Source: Octopus vulgaris
Lineage: Eukaryota
DNA length: 64,000 nucleotides
Direction of reading: 5' to 3'
Assembly (NCBI GenBank): GCA_951406725.2
Contig: OX597820.1
Location: 82,460,001 to 82,524,000 of the forward strand
Shown here: positions 51,360-64,000 of the stretch, in pieces
Layout of the letters: every line of letters begins with the position of its first letter
Position numbering within the stretch: position 1 is the first letter of the stretch
Notes under the pieces: model-generated
Seen by the model: the letters and a program-made list of their open reading frames with translations, nothing else
Database searches by the model: none
Told to the model about the DNA's origin: nothing
Program-made: the position numbers and the translations under genes

Positions 51360-53191
51360 GTCAAGAAAGCTTCCTCTTAAAAAATCTTGAATCATCCTGG
51401 TTGAAAATCTGGAATGTAAAGAGGGATTTCAGCCTTAATGCATCACCACTAAATATAATGAGAGACTACTCTATCACCGTCAATAGTAAAACGTGGGCAA
51501 TTGACCCGGAAACTCTCATCATAGCAGGAGAAAAGCTACATAATGGAAAGGCAGCTGGAAGAGACCTAATAGTTGGATATTAGTACACCATCCACGAATT
51601 CACTGCTTAAATAGCCACTAAATTTGGTATTGTATAGACCAATTTTATATATTAAACACATTCCTGGCAACTTTTACGTACATACTAGAATTAATACCCC
51701 ACGTCTGTGCATCAAGGGTCTCACTATCTCTCCTGTCCCTCACAAAGAATGCAAAAGTATCTTGGCATTGACGAAAGCGTATCATACGAAAATACTGTGA
51801 ATAAAGATAGAGTGACCCGAGAATATTATGCCAGACTTAGAGAAGTACAAGACAATATCCCACAATGAATTTGCACTACCAGTGCTGATTCCAACGTTAG
51901 GGATAATTGACTGATCTGTAGAGGAATTCCACTCCATAGACGTCAAAATCAGCTAGATACAGTCAAGTGGAAATCTCCAGATAAATATTGATACTGACAA
52001 GCTCTTCCTAAGAAGAGATGAAGGAGATAGAGGCTTGAGATCAATGAAGACGGCATTCTAATGCCGCGTAGTCTCTCTCACGCAGCACTTGTTAAATATC
52101 AGCGGCAAAAGGAATTACATTAACTTAGTGCTGTAGAAACGATATCCTACGTGTCGGGAGCATTCTTTTCTTGATAACCTCCCATAAAACACGAAAACAA
52201 CCGGACTAACATACCTCGAAGAATAACTGAATGTGAAACGCCCCTGGAGTTCCAAGATGTAACCGAAAATGTAGATTATGTCATATTTCTTTGGAAAACA
52301 TGATACCTGTGATTAACAGTTGCCTAAAAATGTCATCCAGGTACTACCTCCCAATGAGTCACGAAGGTGATCCATTCAGAAAAAAAAACTGTCATGGAAT
52401 AAATATAGGGACTCCCCCTGTTATTGAATACATACACAAACATCAACACAAGGAATTATGGGGAATATACCTCGAAGAATACATCTGAATGTAAACAAAC
52501 GCCCCTGGAGTTCCAAGATGTAACCGAAAATGTAGATTATGTCACTATTTCTCTTGGATAACATGGAGAACCTGTGATTAACAGTTGCCTAAAATTATAA
52601 ATTCAAGGTACTACCTCCCAATAATACGAAGGTGATCATTCAATAATAAAACCTAGTGCACCAATAATAAATATAGGTCCCCTGTTATTGAAAAAGAAAC
52701 ATACACAAGTCGTACATCAACACAAGGAATTATGGGGGAATATACTCATTAAAACATCTGTTCAGTGTAAACATAACAGGTCGGATATTGCAATTTGGGA
52801 CTAAAGAAAATGTATGTGTCGTCAGAGAAGTCACCTGTTTTTGTCACTATCTCTCTAAAGGATAACTATGGAGAACTGTTTCGAGATCTCCAGCTTCTAT
52901 ATTCAGATTATAAATTCACATTTATACCAATAATAATTGATGCACCAATAATAAAATCCTAGTGCACCAATAATAATTGGTGCACTAGGATTTTCAGAAA
53001 AAGAAACCAACCAAGTCGTACACTACATACACAGACTATAAGTGGAATAGGAAAAACATGGAAAATTTCTCTCAGTTTTAAAATGTGACATTGATCTCGT
53101 TATCTACATTCCAACGATGGAACCTTGTTTCTCTGATAGAAACCATCTCCTTCCCCAAAGGAATAATTTAAATAATTAAAAAGAAAATAGA
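51360..53191 (+). mobile_element. heavily deleted R4/Dong-clade RLE LINE
   Basis: KLHNGKAAGRDLIVGY, KYLGIDE, NEFALPVLIPTLG, DRGLRS, SCLKMSSRYYLP, KHNRSDIAIWD, DNYGELFRDLQLLYSDYKFTFIPIII; homologous to 250-1920. Confidence 0.85.
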
Positions 53192-53440
53192 ACATACATA
53201 CATAGATAATACATTAAATACGCATGTACATACTACACACAGAAAAACACACAAACACACATGCACACACATAATTGGTGTGAATTGGAACATGTGTCCA
53301 TATTTCACTATCTATTTAGGCTAATGCATTTGTGTAATCACTGCGCGAATTTATCTCTGTTTTTCTGTGTCTCCCTATCTATCTGTCAGTCTCTCTGCCT
53401 GTCTCTCTCTCTCTCTCTGTACACACACACACACACACAC

Positions 53441-53471
<31 letters not shown>

Positions 53472-53900
53472 AATATATGTATATATATATATGTATAAAT
53501 ATATATATGTGTGTATATTTATATATATATATACATATATATATATACACATATACATATACATACATACATATATAAATAAATAAATAAATAAATAAAT
53601 ATATATATATATATATGTATATATATATGTATATATACATATTTATGCACAAAGACATACATATGTTCTCAGGCATACTCTCACAAAGACTCACGCATAT
53701 TCGGTAACAAGTTCATGCAAGCCAAAACTACAAATGAAACATATACACACAAATATCTATTCATATAGCCCTGTCTGTCTGTCTGTCTGTCCATTCTCTT
53801 GTTTTCTCTATTTATTCATAGACAGACACATTTACATGTACATCCATCCATCTATACATCCATCCAACCATATATATACACACACACACCCATATATACA

Positions 53901-53944
<44 letters not shown>

Positions 53945-54668
53945 GTATGTATGTATGTATGTATGTATGTATGTGTGTGCCTGTGTGTACATATGTATAT
54001 ATACTTATATGTATGCATGCACGGAGATATGCGAACGCACAAATTTTTGTGTAAATGTATGTGTTTATACATATGTATATACTTATATATATATGTATAT
54101 GTATATACATATATGTGTGTGCATATATATATGTATGTGTGTGTGTCTGTTCCTATAAATATAAATAGTATATGTGTATGGGTGTATATACACATAAAGT
54201 AACACATAGACAAAACCGCAAAGACACATGAAATTTATCAAAAGTGGACATTTGGCCCCAAAGCTCTTCATATTTTATGATCTTAGTCGAAATCCCTAAT
54301 AGAAATTCCCAGTTCATTGTTCGCTTTGGTAAATTTACCAATAATTCTTCGATCAAAATCAGTTACTTTCTTTCTTCTTCTGTCTTATTTTGAAAGCCGT
54401 AATTAGTTAGTACCGGTCAAGTTCGGGCAATGTCTTTCATATCTTGTTTTGGAACTTAGCCAAATAAGTTGAAATATGTTCGCCTCAGTCAAATTCATAT
54501 TGATATCCGTTGGGTGACAGGCGCATCACAATAATTATATCAGTACAATGATTTTAAATCCCACAGGCCTCGTTCAAGTTTCTTAATCTTGCCATCCAGT
54601 GAGTCTTTCCGTCTTTTGTATTCTTCCTAAATTTCATCTATTTCGTTTTATCATTTGTACGCCTCGAA

Positions 54669-54832
<164 letters not shown>

Positions 54833-55048
54833 GAATGCCCACGGAGAGAGAGAGATAGAGGAAGAAAAAGATAGGGCATAATAATGAGAAAGAGTGAGAA
54901 AGTTGACACACACACACACAAACACATACACACGCACTAAATACATACATTATACACACGTATACATACATTTACAGAAATACATATCACTTTTTCAGTG
55001 TACGTGTACTGCTTTCTCTCACTCCCGCATGTACTATTTCTCTAAATA

Positions 55049-55140
<92 letters not shown>

Positions 55141-55168
55141 ATATATGTATGTATATATATATATATAT

Positions 55169-56232
55169 ATACAAGATAAGAAAATGGAGAAATACATCTA
55201 AATCAAATATCAATTAACAGATAATACTCAATCACATACTTTATTAAACCACCATATAAGAGGCTGTGGGGTTGGAACGCGGACATACATATGTGCCACT
55301 TTGGATTCTAATGTAAGCGTTATTAATAATATTATGAATGATAATAATGGTAGCATTAATGCTATTGACAACGATAATGATGCAAACTTTAATGACACTT
55401 TAGAAATTAGTATGAAATAATATAATGTACTATTGACTATGTATATTTGCATCTAGGTACTAATATGTATATGTTTATTATCACAATATTAAGTTGAAAA
55501 ACTGAAACATTGAATGTGGAACATATATATGTTTACTAATTTATATTATTTATTTACATCATTATGTACATGTATATTTTTATATGTATAGGAGTGTGAG
55601 TATATGCACTCATATGTATATGTATATGTTGTATTATGGGTATGTACCCACACCCATGTGGGTATATATGTAGACCGATTTATATTACATAATCTCCGAA
55701 GAGGCCTTATGATATTTTTGTAAATGTCTCATTTATATCTATATATTGACCTACCATAAAGGGCTAATATTGGTAAAATGAGACATACATGGCCGAAACA
55801 GCTGTAAGATGTAATCTATACTAATATTTATATTTACTTATATTTATATTCTCTTTTTTATATATATATTCTACTTATTATACAACATTACTCTTTTACG
55901 TACACTTTTTTATATACATTCCTTTATGTACACTGATTTGTTCTGCTTTTTTATGTTTAACCCCACAGTCTCTTATATGGTGGTTTAATAAAGTATGTGA
56001 TTGAGTATTATCTGGTAATTGATATTTGATTTAGATGTATTTCTCCATTTTCTTATCTTGTATTAGTAATTTGTGGTAAATCATTTTACCTTTGCCCATA
56101 TAATACAGTAAATGAATTGATTGCATCGCAATCCTTAACATTTATGTATTAACTTTGTTTGGTACTTCACTAGCAGTATATTGGATATATGTTATCCCAT
56201 GGAGGGTTGCATTTACAACCCCTATCTCAATT

Positions 56233-56233
<1 letters not shown>
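55169..56233 (+). mobile_element. non-coding Penelope pLTR-like element with ~105-bp inverted repeats, inserted in (TA)n
   Basis: 55169-55273 is the reverse complement of 55959-56063 (about 2 mismatches); 3' tail 56064-56233 is absent from the inverted copy; (TA)n on both sides. Confidence 0.85.
55692..55810 (+). ncRNA. minimal type-I hammerhead ribozyme with an extended stem II (single core substitution)
   Basis: atct-CCGAAGA-ggcc[..atgtctcattt..aaatgagacat..]ggcc-GAAA-cagctg-TA-agat; perfect palindromic stem III ACAGCTGT, GUA triplet, U4->C. Confidence 0.82.
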
Positions 56234-56279
<46 letters not shown>

Positions 56280-56317
56280 TATGTGTATGTATATATTTGT
56301 ATAGATCTATATATGTA

Positions 56318-56418
<101 letters not shown>

Positions 56419-56949
56419 AAGTATGATTGTTTATCTCTCTCTATCGATATAACCTTCTTCATACGGTCGGGACTGACATGTATTTCAACATTTCGAAGCA
56501 GGAATTTCTGTTCTGCATTAGAATTGGTAGGTTCTCAATTTCATGTGTGTTTTCACCCTCTACCATTTCACTGAAGGATTTTCTCATCATATAACCTATT
56601 GTTTAGCTAAATAGTAGTGACAAATATTGTCTACATTGTGCTTAGCAAAAGCGGTAAAGATGGAAGGAATGTATACGTAATACTTCTTGGTCTTATATAT
56701 GTAGATTTATATGTATTCATGTATATATATATAAGTATGTATGTATGTTTGTAAATATGTATATACGTATAAATATGCAGAGAGAAGGAGAGAAAGGAAT
56801 AGAAAGAGAGAGAGAGAAGGAGAGAGTAGAAGAGATAGGGTAGAGTATCACATGTTTATTGCTATTATAAGCCCTCATACTTGTGACACCTGAACTTTTT
56901 CTTGTTGAAGTCGTTCCTCTCCTTCCTTCCTTCCTTCCTTCCTTCCTTC

Positions 56950-57008
<59 letters not shown>

Positions 57009-57634
57009 TCCGTTTGTCCCTCTACTTGTATGTGCGTATTTCAATATCCCCACCTTTAGCAGTTCTTCTACTTTCTATTCATTTTATAATACCTGTACAT
57101 ACACAAACGCATATTTAGTATACAATTTTTTCCCTCTGGTTACAATAAACATATACTGAAACTGTATTTACAGAGTAAAATTATTTGATGACAAATAATC
57201 ACGATACCACAAGGGGTTTTAAAATTAAAGGTGAGGGTTAGTGATTGTAAATTTGCACTAAAAATTGAAAATAAAGAAATGATTATATGAACAGCGTGAC
57301 TCGGTAACTCTCTCAACTACATAAGAGACAACAGGAAAGATAACAGAACATTCTAAGCTCTTTACCACTCTTTTCCAGATTGCACAAAAGCTAATCATCC
57401 ACATTTTGCCGTTAGAGAGCTTTGATGCGGTTACAGTATAAAGTGTATCATGAATGAGATCAGCGAGGAACATAAAACCGCTTGAAAAGCAGTTTTAATG
57501 AAGTGTGTTCAAGTGTTTCATGAGAAGGGTTAGGGTTAATTTATTCTTAATGCTACGATTCGAGATAGAGTTTATTTGACTAGTATTAATAAGTAAACTA
57601 CAGAGTTCACGTTGACATGAATTAGCTATATATA

Positions 57635-58470
57635 CAGGGTGCGCCAGTTTTTTTAGGACACCTCTTCCAAGTGGTCTTTCTTCCAACTTATTTATTTTAG
57701 TTTACTTTTTTGATGAATAATGTCAGACATCAGGTTGACTCAGCAAAGAAAAGGCACGCTCTGATTGCTGCCTTTAAAGCGCCACTTCCTGAAAGTTGTT
57801 CGATTCTTAGTTATCAAAGTTCGATAGGAGCTGGAAGCTACTGATAGTGATCAAACGTCAACAGCTAAACGCAAAACGTAAGCACGTGGTCCTAATACCA
57901 TCAGAACACATAACTTTGTACAAAACGTACAAGAAATAATAAATAAATCATCACCGGAAAGTCAATCAGAGCCATTGCAAAGGAACTCAAGGTTTAAGAA
58001 TGCACCAGCAGAAGAGTTCTACATGAGGGCATCTAGTGCAAGTCGTAGCTGATGTGGAGGGATCAGTTTATGTTGGATGTGAGAAAAGAGAATCGTTCGA
58101 TCCGTGTAAAGCACTTGCTAAACAATTTAAAATACCAAGAGGCTGGAATGCTTTGATTTCTCTCCGATGACAAAACTTCGATCAGGCCCAAAAGGTAAAC
58201 CAAAAGAACGAGATATGGTTATGCAGATATCTGAATGAAGTTCCAGCAGACATATATACTGAGTTCCTAGCAACGGTGCTTGTTCTGTGAGTCATCAGCA
58301 ACGAGGGAGATAGGCCCCCTTACTTTTTTCTGTTTAGGCAGAGGTACTGGAGAAAGTTGTGAGGCTCTAGATAGGCAGAGTACGCAACGGAAGGTTGTGT
58401 GTCTTCAAACAAGACCCTGCACTGGCTCATATGGCAAGGACAAACCCAAGCGTGTCAGTGCAATCTTCTA
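57635..58470 (+). mobile_element. maT/DD37D (Tc1-mariner) transposon remnant, right end missing
   Basis: TA|cagggtg left end; KSIRAIAKELKV, FLSDD.NFDQAQKVNQKNEIWLC, VISNEG, CVFKQDPALAH. Confidence 0.8.
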
Positions 58471-58937
58471 GTGAAAACATGTTAACAGACCTAGGATAGC
58501 ATCCGATTGACTGGCACTTCTCTTCGAGGTTAGGAAATACTTTAATCGTCAACAGTTGTTATAATACTTCGCAAACATATTACAGATATCTTTCCAAATA
58601 CTCGTGACGCTAGACTCTTACAGACGAAACCTTCACATGTCTGTTATGTATATTTGATAGCTATGAATTAATGCTTCATTCTCTCATATGTACTTGGCCC
58701 ATCACTGGTTTCAAACTAAAGACTATATTTCTGAAGTGAATGCCACAACGTGTTAATCTATGTCACTGACACATGATCAGTTTGTTTAGAGGAGTAAGGT
58801 TCAAGAGAAAAGTTTGAAAATCACAGTGTTGTATCCAAAAATTAATATGGCTGCCAAAGTGGATAGTTTGCAAAACGTTGCAAAACAAATTCAGACATGC
58901 AATTACCAATCTTTCATTAGGCAGATTTAGCTATTAA

Positions 58938-58971
<34 letters not shown>

Positions 58972-59001
58972 AAACACACACACTCACACGCACGCACGCA
59001 T

Positions 59002-59036
<35 letters not shown>

Positions 59037-59262
59037 CACACACGCGCGCTCACATAGATCATGATTATTACATTAGCAACGATCATGAAAGTATTTATTA
59101 GAAACATTTCTCTCTAAAAATTCATTCTAATTGACCGTCCTTGGAAGCTAATTGAGTAAAGATTGTATGCTAAATAAAGCACATTTTCTCCTTCTCCCAT
59201 CACAAACACATATACGCTTAGGCACATACATACATACATACATACATACATACATACATACA

Positions 59263-59296
<34 letters not shown>

Positions 59297-59452
59297 AATA
59301 CATACATATGAAACACGCATAAACACACGTCTATTTGCATTCCAATATATATGAGTTTTTGATACAATTTCAATTTATTTGTAATTATATGTTAGGCGTT
59401 TTCATGAATTCAAAATTCAATAAATGATTATCATTGGCAATAATATTTCAGG

Positions 59453-59532
<80 letters not shown>

Positions 59533-59598
59533 CTTACCTACCTACCTACCTACCTACCTACCTACCTACCTACCTACATACATACCTATCTACCTACC

Positions 59599-59697
<99 letters not shown>
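59453..59697. repeat. (CTAT)n/(CTAC)n microsatellite
   Basis: direct tandem repeat. Confidence 0.97.
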
Positions 59698-61135
59698 GAC
59701 GTCACCGTCATAGTGTCAAGCCACGAGCACATCGAGCAGGTCGGCGAGACACTGAAAAACTACGAAGCGGTGACAGGAGCAAAAATCAACCGGGAAAAGT
59801 CAGTGGGCTTGCGACTAGGCACCTGGAGAAGCAAGCCCATGCCGTCCACCAGCGCCTCCGTCGTGGGACGCTGGACCGACGGTCCGGTTGAGTTGCTCGG
59901 GGTCTGGTTCGGTCCGGACCTCCAAGTGGAAAAGAATTGGAACGAGATAACGAGTAGGGTGGTCACTCTCGCCCGACAATGGGCCGGAGGAAACTGTCCC
60001 TAAAAGGTCGGCCGGAGGTGGCGAACACGTACATCGCGTCCGTCATCTACTACCGCCTGACCGTCGTGCCTTGTCCCGACCCTACCATCACCAAACTAGA
60101 ACGCATTCTCTTTCGCTTCTTGTGGAAAGGATGCGTCCCGATGGTCAGGCGATCCATTTACTGCCAACAGCCGTTAAAAGGAGGACTGGGCATGCCGTGG
60201 TTGATGATGCGCAGACACGCGCTGAGACTGCGACATCTCCGGCTCTTCGTAGACGTCGGTGAACAGGTGTGGTCGCCGTTTGTGAGGCACGCATTCCCGC
60301 AGCTCGTCTCTATGACCGAACTGCAGTTGTGAATCAAAAAGAGGCCGAAGAAGGGCGTATGGCACCGCAAGTGTCGCGTCGCTCTCAAGCAAATCTGCCG
60401 TCCTGGATCGACCTTGAGTGACTCCATCACAACCAAATCATTCTATAGGGGATTAGTGGAGGGGAGTCAGAGCGACGAAACCGTTCTGCACGCACTCGTG
60501 CAGTGTCCAACAATTTCCCACCTGTGGGCTTATGTCGAACAACTGCTGTCACATGTGGGATGAGTCGGTTTATCAGCTGAGTCTATCGTCAATATCGTCA
60601 CGCCTCCTTCCTTCAAACGGGAAGGAAGAGCTATTTTTATCATACTTGTGGCTATGGCGAAAGAATGTATCTGGTGGACGCGCCTGAAAGGATTAGAGAC
60701 AAACACTTTCCTCTCTGGTCAATCTCTCATCAACTTCTTCAAGTATCACTTGAAGAGGAAAGTGAGAGTAGAGAGGCAAGTTTTGTCTAGTGAATGTTTT
60801 AAAAAAGATGGGTGAATGTAGCAAGGATGGCACGTATGAATGACGAAGCCACCTTGACTATGATTCTATGAACCGTAAAAATTAATATAGAGAGTTGCTT
60901 ATTTGCAAAAAAAAAAAAAAAATATAACATGTGACTTCATTGACCGAGGTTACCGTGGTCTTTTCCGTAGGCTTTTCTTTCCACGGGTAAACCTCACCTG
61001 TCCTCCCCTTTACACTTCATATTGACATTTCTGTGATAACGATCCCTATCGGTCAATTGTTTTTCTTCTCCCCCTTTTTTTAACCCCCCCTTTTTTGTCC
61101 TCTTTCTTTCCGTTTACGATCCCTTTTGATCGAAC
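59698..61135 (+). mobile_element. 5'-truncated Tx1/L1-type LINE flanked by (CTAT)n on both sides
   Basis: starts DVTVIVSS (end of YADD), [65 protein letters not shown]; pyrimidine-rich 3' UTR. Confidence 0.93.
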
Positions 61136-61190
61136 CTATCTATCTTTTTTTTTTTCTATCTATCTATCTACCTATCTATCTATCTATCTG

Positions 61191-61258
<68 letters not shown>

Positions 61259-61259
61259 C

Positions 61260-61348
<89 letters not shown>
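61136..61348. repeat. (CTAT)n microsatellite between two LINE copies
   Basis: direct tandem repeat with a short T run. Confidence 0.96.
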
Positions 61349-62478
61349 GGACAGACAGACGCAAGTCAAATGGGCTCCACGTAAGTTGGTATTTTTATAC
61401 GTTCAAAAGTGTATATTGACAAATATTTTGTGTTTAAAAGTTGTGCAACAACATCCACTGCAAACCTTTGATAAATATCTACACAAAATTTTGCCCCTTG
61501 CGGGCAAAATTTAAAAAAAAGATTCTCATAGCCTTCGTGGTTTCATTTAGCCATTTTAATTTCAAAGTGGCCACTGGTCACCACGAGGCTGATGTGCAAG
61601 TCAAGCGTGACGCAGAGACAGAAAAACAGGATGCTCTGTTAGCATACGCTGAACCTGACAACAACACCACCTCCACCACCATCAACGTCGACAACAGCAA
61701 CAAATACAAAACAAAGGTCGCAAGGCCAAGCACCGTCAACACCATCAGTGAGTCCACCACCAACACCGACAACAACACCATGGCAGAATCTGCTACTAAA
61801 ACTGCTATCCCTGCTAAAGACATAGCCATCAATAACAATACCAACATCACCATCACCGCCACCAAAGACCGTGCCGTCAATGCTACTAATACCACTAACA
61901 CCACCGCCGTCACCAAGAACGACAATAACAACAACAACAACAACAACAACGACGACAACAACAATTCCCTTCAACCACTGCTCACTCCATCACCAACAAG
62001 TGAAAAAATAACGACGACAAGCAAACGAAATGCCGAAATTTGTGCTAATGCAGGACTAAATTACGCAGACAATTTTCCACCCTTGCTAGTTGCATAATCA
62101 GCAACCACAAACCTACAACCCACACCCCTGCCATCAACACCAACACCACCGGCAGTAACAACAATAACAAAACAACAACAAACTTCGCCGAGCCGATAAA
62201 AGAAAAGGTAACAAAAGTTTCGTTTACTACACAACAGATAAAAGAATGCAGACACCTTATTACAAATGAAAACGGAAAAATACTCTTACACATACCTCAA
62301 CACATACTAAATGAGGAAAAAAAGAAGACAATTGTCTATAAAATAACGAATAAAAAAACTAAAAGTCCAGAAAAGGCAAGCACAGAGAAAATAGAAAAGT
62401 GCTTACGCCCCATCTGGGGATACAAGGATTGTGTGACTTGGGCGAACAAGTTCGCACACGTACAGGTGGTTTTTCAGA

Positions 62479-63696
62479 ATGAAGAGTTGGCGAAGAAATT
62501 CTGATGAACTAACGATGACACCGAGTTACCTCGGCCAGAAGGTGACGAAGGTAATTATCAGTGGTGTCCCCCAAGTGACTACAACACTGTGGATAACATC
62601 CGCCTTAACATCCGAAATGGAGGACTTAAACATCCTAGATATCGGTGTTTCGGAAAACAAGGACTGGCTGGGAAAGAGAATAGAGTTCCTCTTCCACATA
62701 AGTCAAGAGGACATAAATAAAATCCCCACCCACGTACATCTTGAGGATGGCAGCAAGTTATACGTAGTAGTCGAGGGCAGAAGGCCACGATGCTATACAT
62801 GTGGCAGTGAGGCACACCTCAAAAAGGAGTGCAAATCTGCCGCAAAATTACAACAACAACAACAGCCACAGGAAAAATCACAAAAGCCAGCATTATTGCC
62901 CACACCACAATATGGACAGCTAGTCAAGAAGCTGTATGCGGAAATGCAGGAAAAACAACAAAGAACAAGCCAACCCAACCAAACAACACCAACACCAGTG
63001 CCAAGAACAGAATCATCACCACCAACAACAAATAAACCAATTCCAACACCAAGAATAACAACGAAGAAGACAAGCACCAAGGATGTAGGAGAGACAATAA
63101 CCACAACAAACCCCCCAGCAACACCCTCCCCGCGCACCACAACAATATCTACAACCGCACAAACACACCCAGACGCTTTACCCTTGCCCCCTGCTGATTC
63201 GTCAGACTTTTCATCTAACGATGAAAGTTCGACAGAATGGCAAATAGCCACAGGGGGTAAAAGAAAAAGATCAAGAAAAACCAAACAAGAAATCGCAACC
63301 AAAGCAGGGAGATACCTGAACACTGAAAGCTCCATACACAACAAAACAAGCACCAACACCACAAAAACAATGCTATCAGCGATAGACACCAAAGACTCCA
63401 AACTAATGGAGTACATCACAGGATACACAAACATTTGTGAAGATGACTTTAAAAATAGCAATCATCAACGCACTACACCACCCAAACACATCAAAATACT
63501 ACACATCACACAAACACAACACCACAAACTCAAAGCCCTCTTCCCAAATGCTGTAGGGGGTTTCCAGAAATATCTGTCCCAAAAACTATATAAAAACCTC
63601 CTCGAAGACACATCAAAGAACGAGGAAGCCAAAACTTTCGACACAAGTAACTCTCTGTACTTTCATTTGTGTGTTTTAAAGCACACACCCCAATAG
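62479..63696 (+). CDS. LINE ORF1 (gag-like, CCHC zinc knuckle) C-terminal open portion; upstream part broken by a stop and frameshifts
   Basis: KVIISGVP (RRM-like), VEGRRPRCYTCGSEAHLKKEC (CX2CX4HX4C), EWQIATGGKRKR. Confidence 0.85.
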   Translation: MKSWRRNSDELTMTPSYLGQKVTKVIISGVPQVTTTLWITSALTSEMEDLNILDIGVSENKDWLGKRIEFLFHISQEDINKIPTHVHLEDGSKLYVVVEGRRPRCYTCGSEAHLKKECKSAAKLQQQQQPQEKSQKPALLPTPQYGQLVKKLYAEMQEKQQRTSQPNQTTPTPVPRTESSPPTTNKPIPTPRITTKKTSTKDVGETITTTNPPATPSPRTTTISTTAQTHPDALPLPPADSSDFSSNDESSTEWQIATGGKRKRSRKTKQEIATKAGRYLNTESSIHNKTSTNTTKTMLSAIDTKDSKLMEYITGYTNICEDDFKNSNHQRTTPPKHIKILHITQTQHHKLKALFPNAVGGFQKYLSQKLYKNLLEDTSKNEEAKTFDTSNSLYFHLCVLKHTPQ

Positions 63697-63700
63697 AATC

Positions 63701-64000
63701 ATGGTCAAGATTGGTTGTGTGAATGCGCGTGGCTTGGGGTCTCCTTGGAAACAAGGATACCTCCTAAATGACATCAAGTCACATGATTTGGGAATCATAG
63801 CCATAAGTGAGACCAGACTCCACGAGCCACGGGCCCTAAAGTCCATGTTTGGCGGACAGTTTAACATTTATTTCGCTCCCTGTCTGCCGAGGATGGGCGG
63901 TAGTGGCACCGCGGTACTTTTTCACAAGAGCCTGGATCTCGAAGTCAAGACGATATTCGTAGACCCGGAGGGTAGACTGATCGTTCTGGATGTTGACGGC
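63701..64000 (+). CDS. LINE ORF2 N-terminus, apurinic-like (APE) endonuclease, partial
   Basis: MVKIGCVNARGL..IIAISETRL..GSGTAVLF..DPEGRLIVLDV, open to the window end. Confidence 0.92.
   Translation, partial: MVKIGCVNARGLGSPWKQGYLLNDIKSHDLGIIAISETRLHEPRALKSMFGGQFNIYFAPCLPRMGGSGTAVLFHKSLDLEVKTIFVDPEGRLIVLDVDG

Larger units (their letters stand above)
61349..64000 (+). mobile_element. 5' half of a Tx1/L1-type LINE (5' UTR, ORF1, start of ORF2), runs off the window
   Basis: Thr/Asn-rich ORF1 with a CCHC knuckle, then an APE-type ORF2 start. Confidence 0.92.

Noticed and set aside
58703-58828. Short inverted ends cactggtttcaaact / agtttgaaaatcacagtg
   Set aside because: Imperfect and without a TSD; a possible old hAT MITE but unsupported.
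61578-63461. Long hydrophobic minus-strand ORFs (128, 111 and 222 aa)
   Set aside because: Antisense shadows of the A/C-rich LINE ORF1.

Overview
This is AT-rich eukaryotic DNA saturated with microsatellites. The SINE repertoire and the (CA)n/(TA)n/(CATA)n/(CTAT)n/(AAT)n load suggest an octopus (coleoid cephalopod) genome; that assignment is an inference. I found no host protein-coding gene, rRNA, true tRNA or CRISPR array. Most ORFs in the supplied track are microsatellite translation artefacts. The window is a mosaic of degraded transposons: R4/Dong-type RLE LINEs, an RTE LINE, Tx1/L1-type LINEs (one with gag ORF1 and the start of an APE ORF2), several Penelope-like (RT + GIY-YIG) remnants, mariner and maT DNA transposons, MITEs, a Helentron-type non-autonomous element, and three tRNA-derived SINE families (Nin-, CORE- and V-domain types). 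The main hidden signal is about ten minimal type-I hammerhead-ribozyme-like motifs from several unrelated short non-coding elements. They sit in microsatellites and are often arranged as fold-back/inverted units or tandem monomers (Penelope pLTR / retrozyme-like). One tandem repeat has hammerhead-like cores on both strands. A second signal is that two LINE families appear to insert in phase into specific microsatellites: (CTAT)n for Tx1 and (CATA)n/(CA)n for R4. All alignments and folds were done by eye, so element boundaries are approximate.
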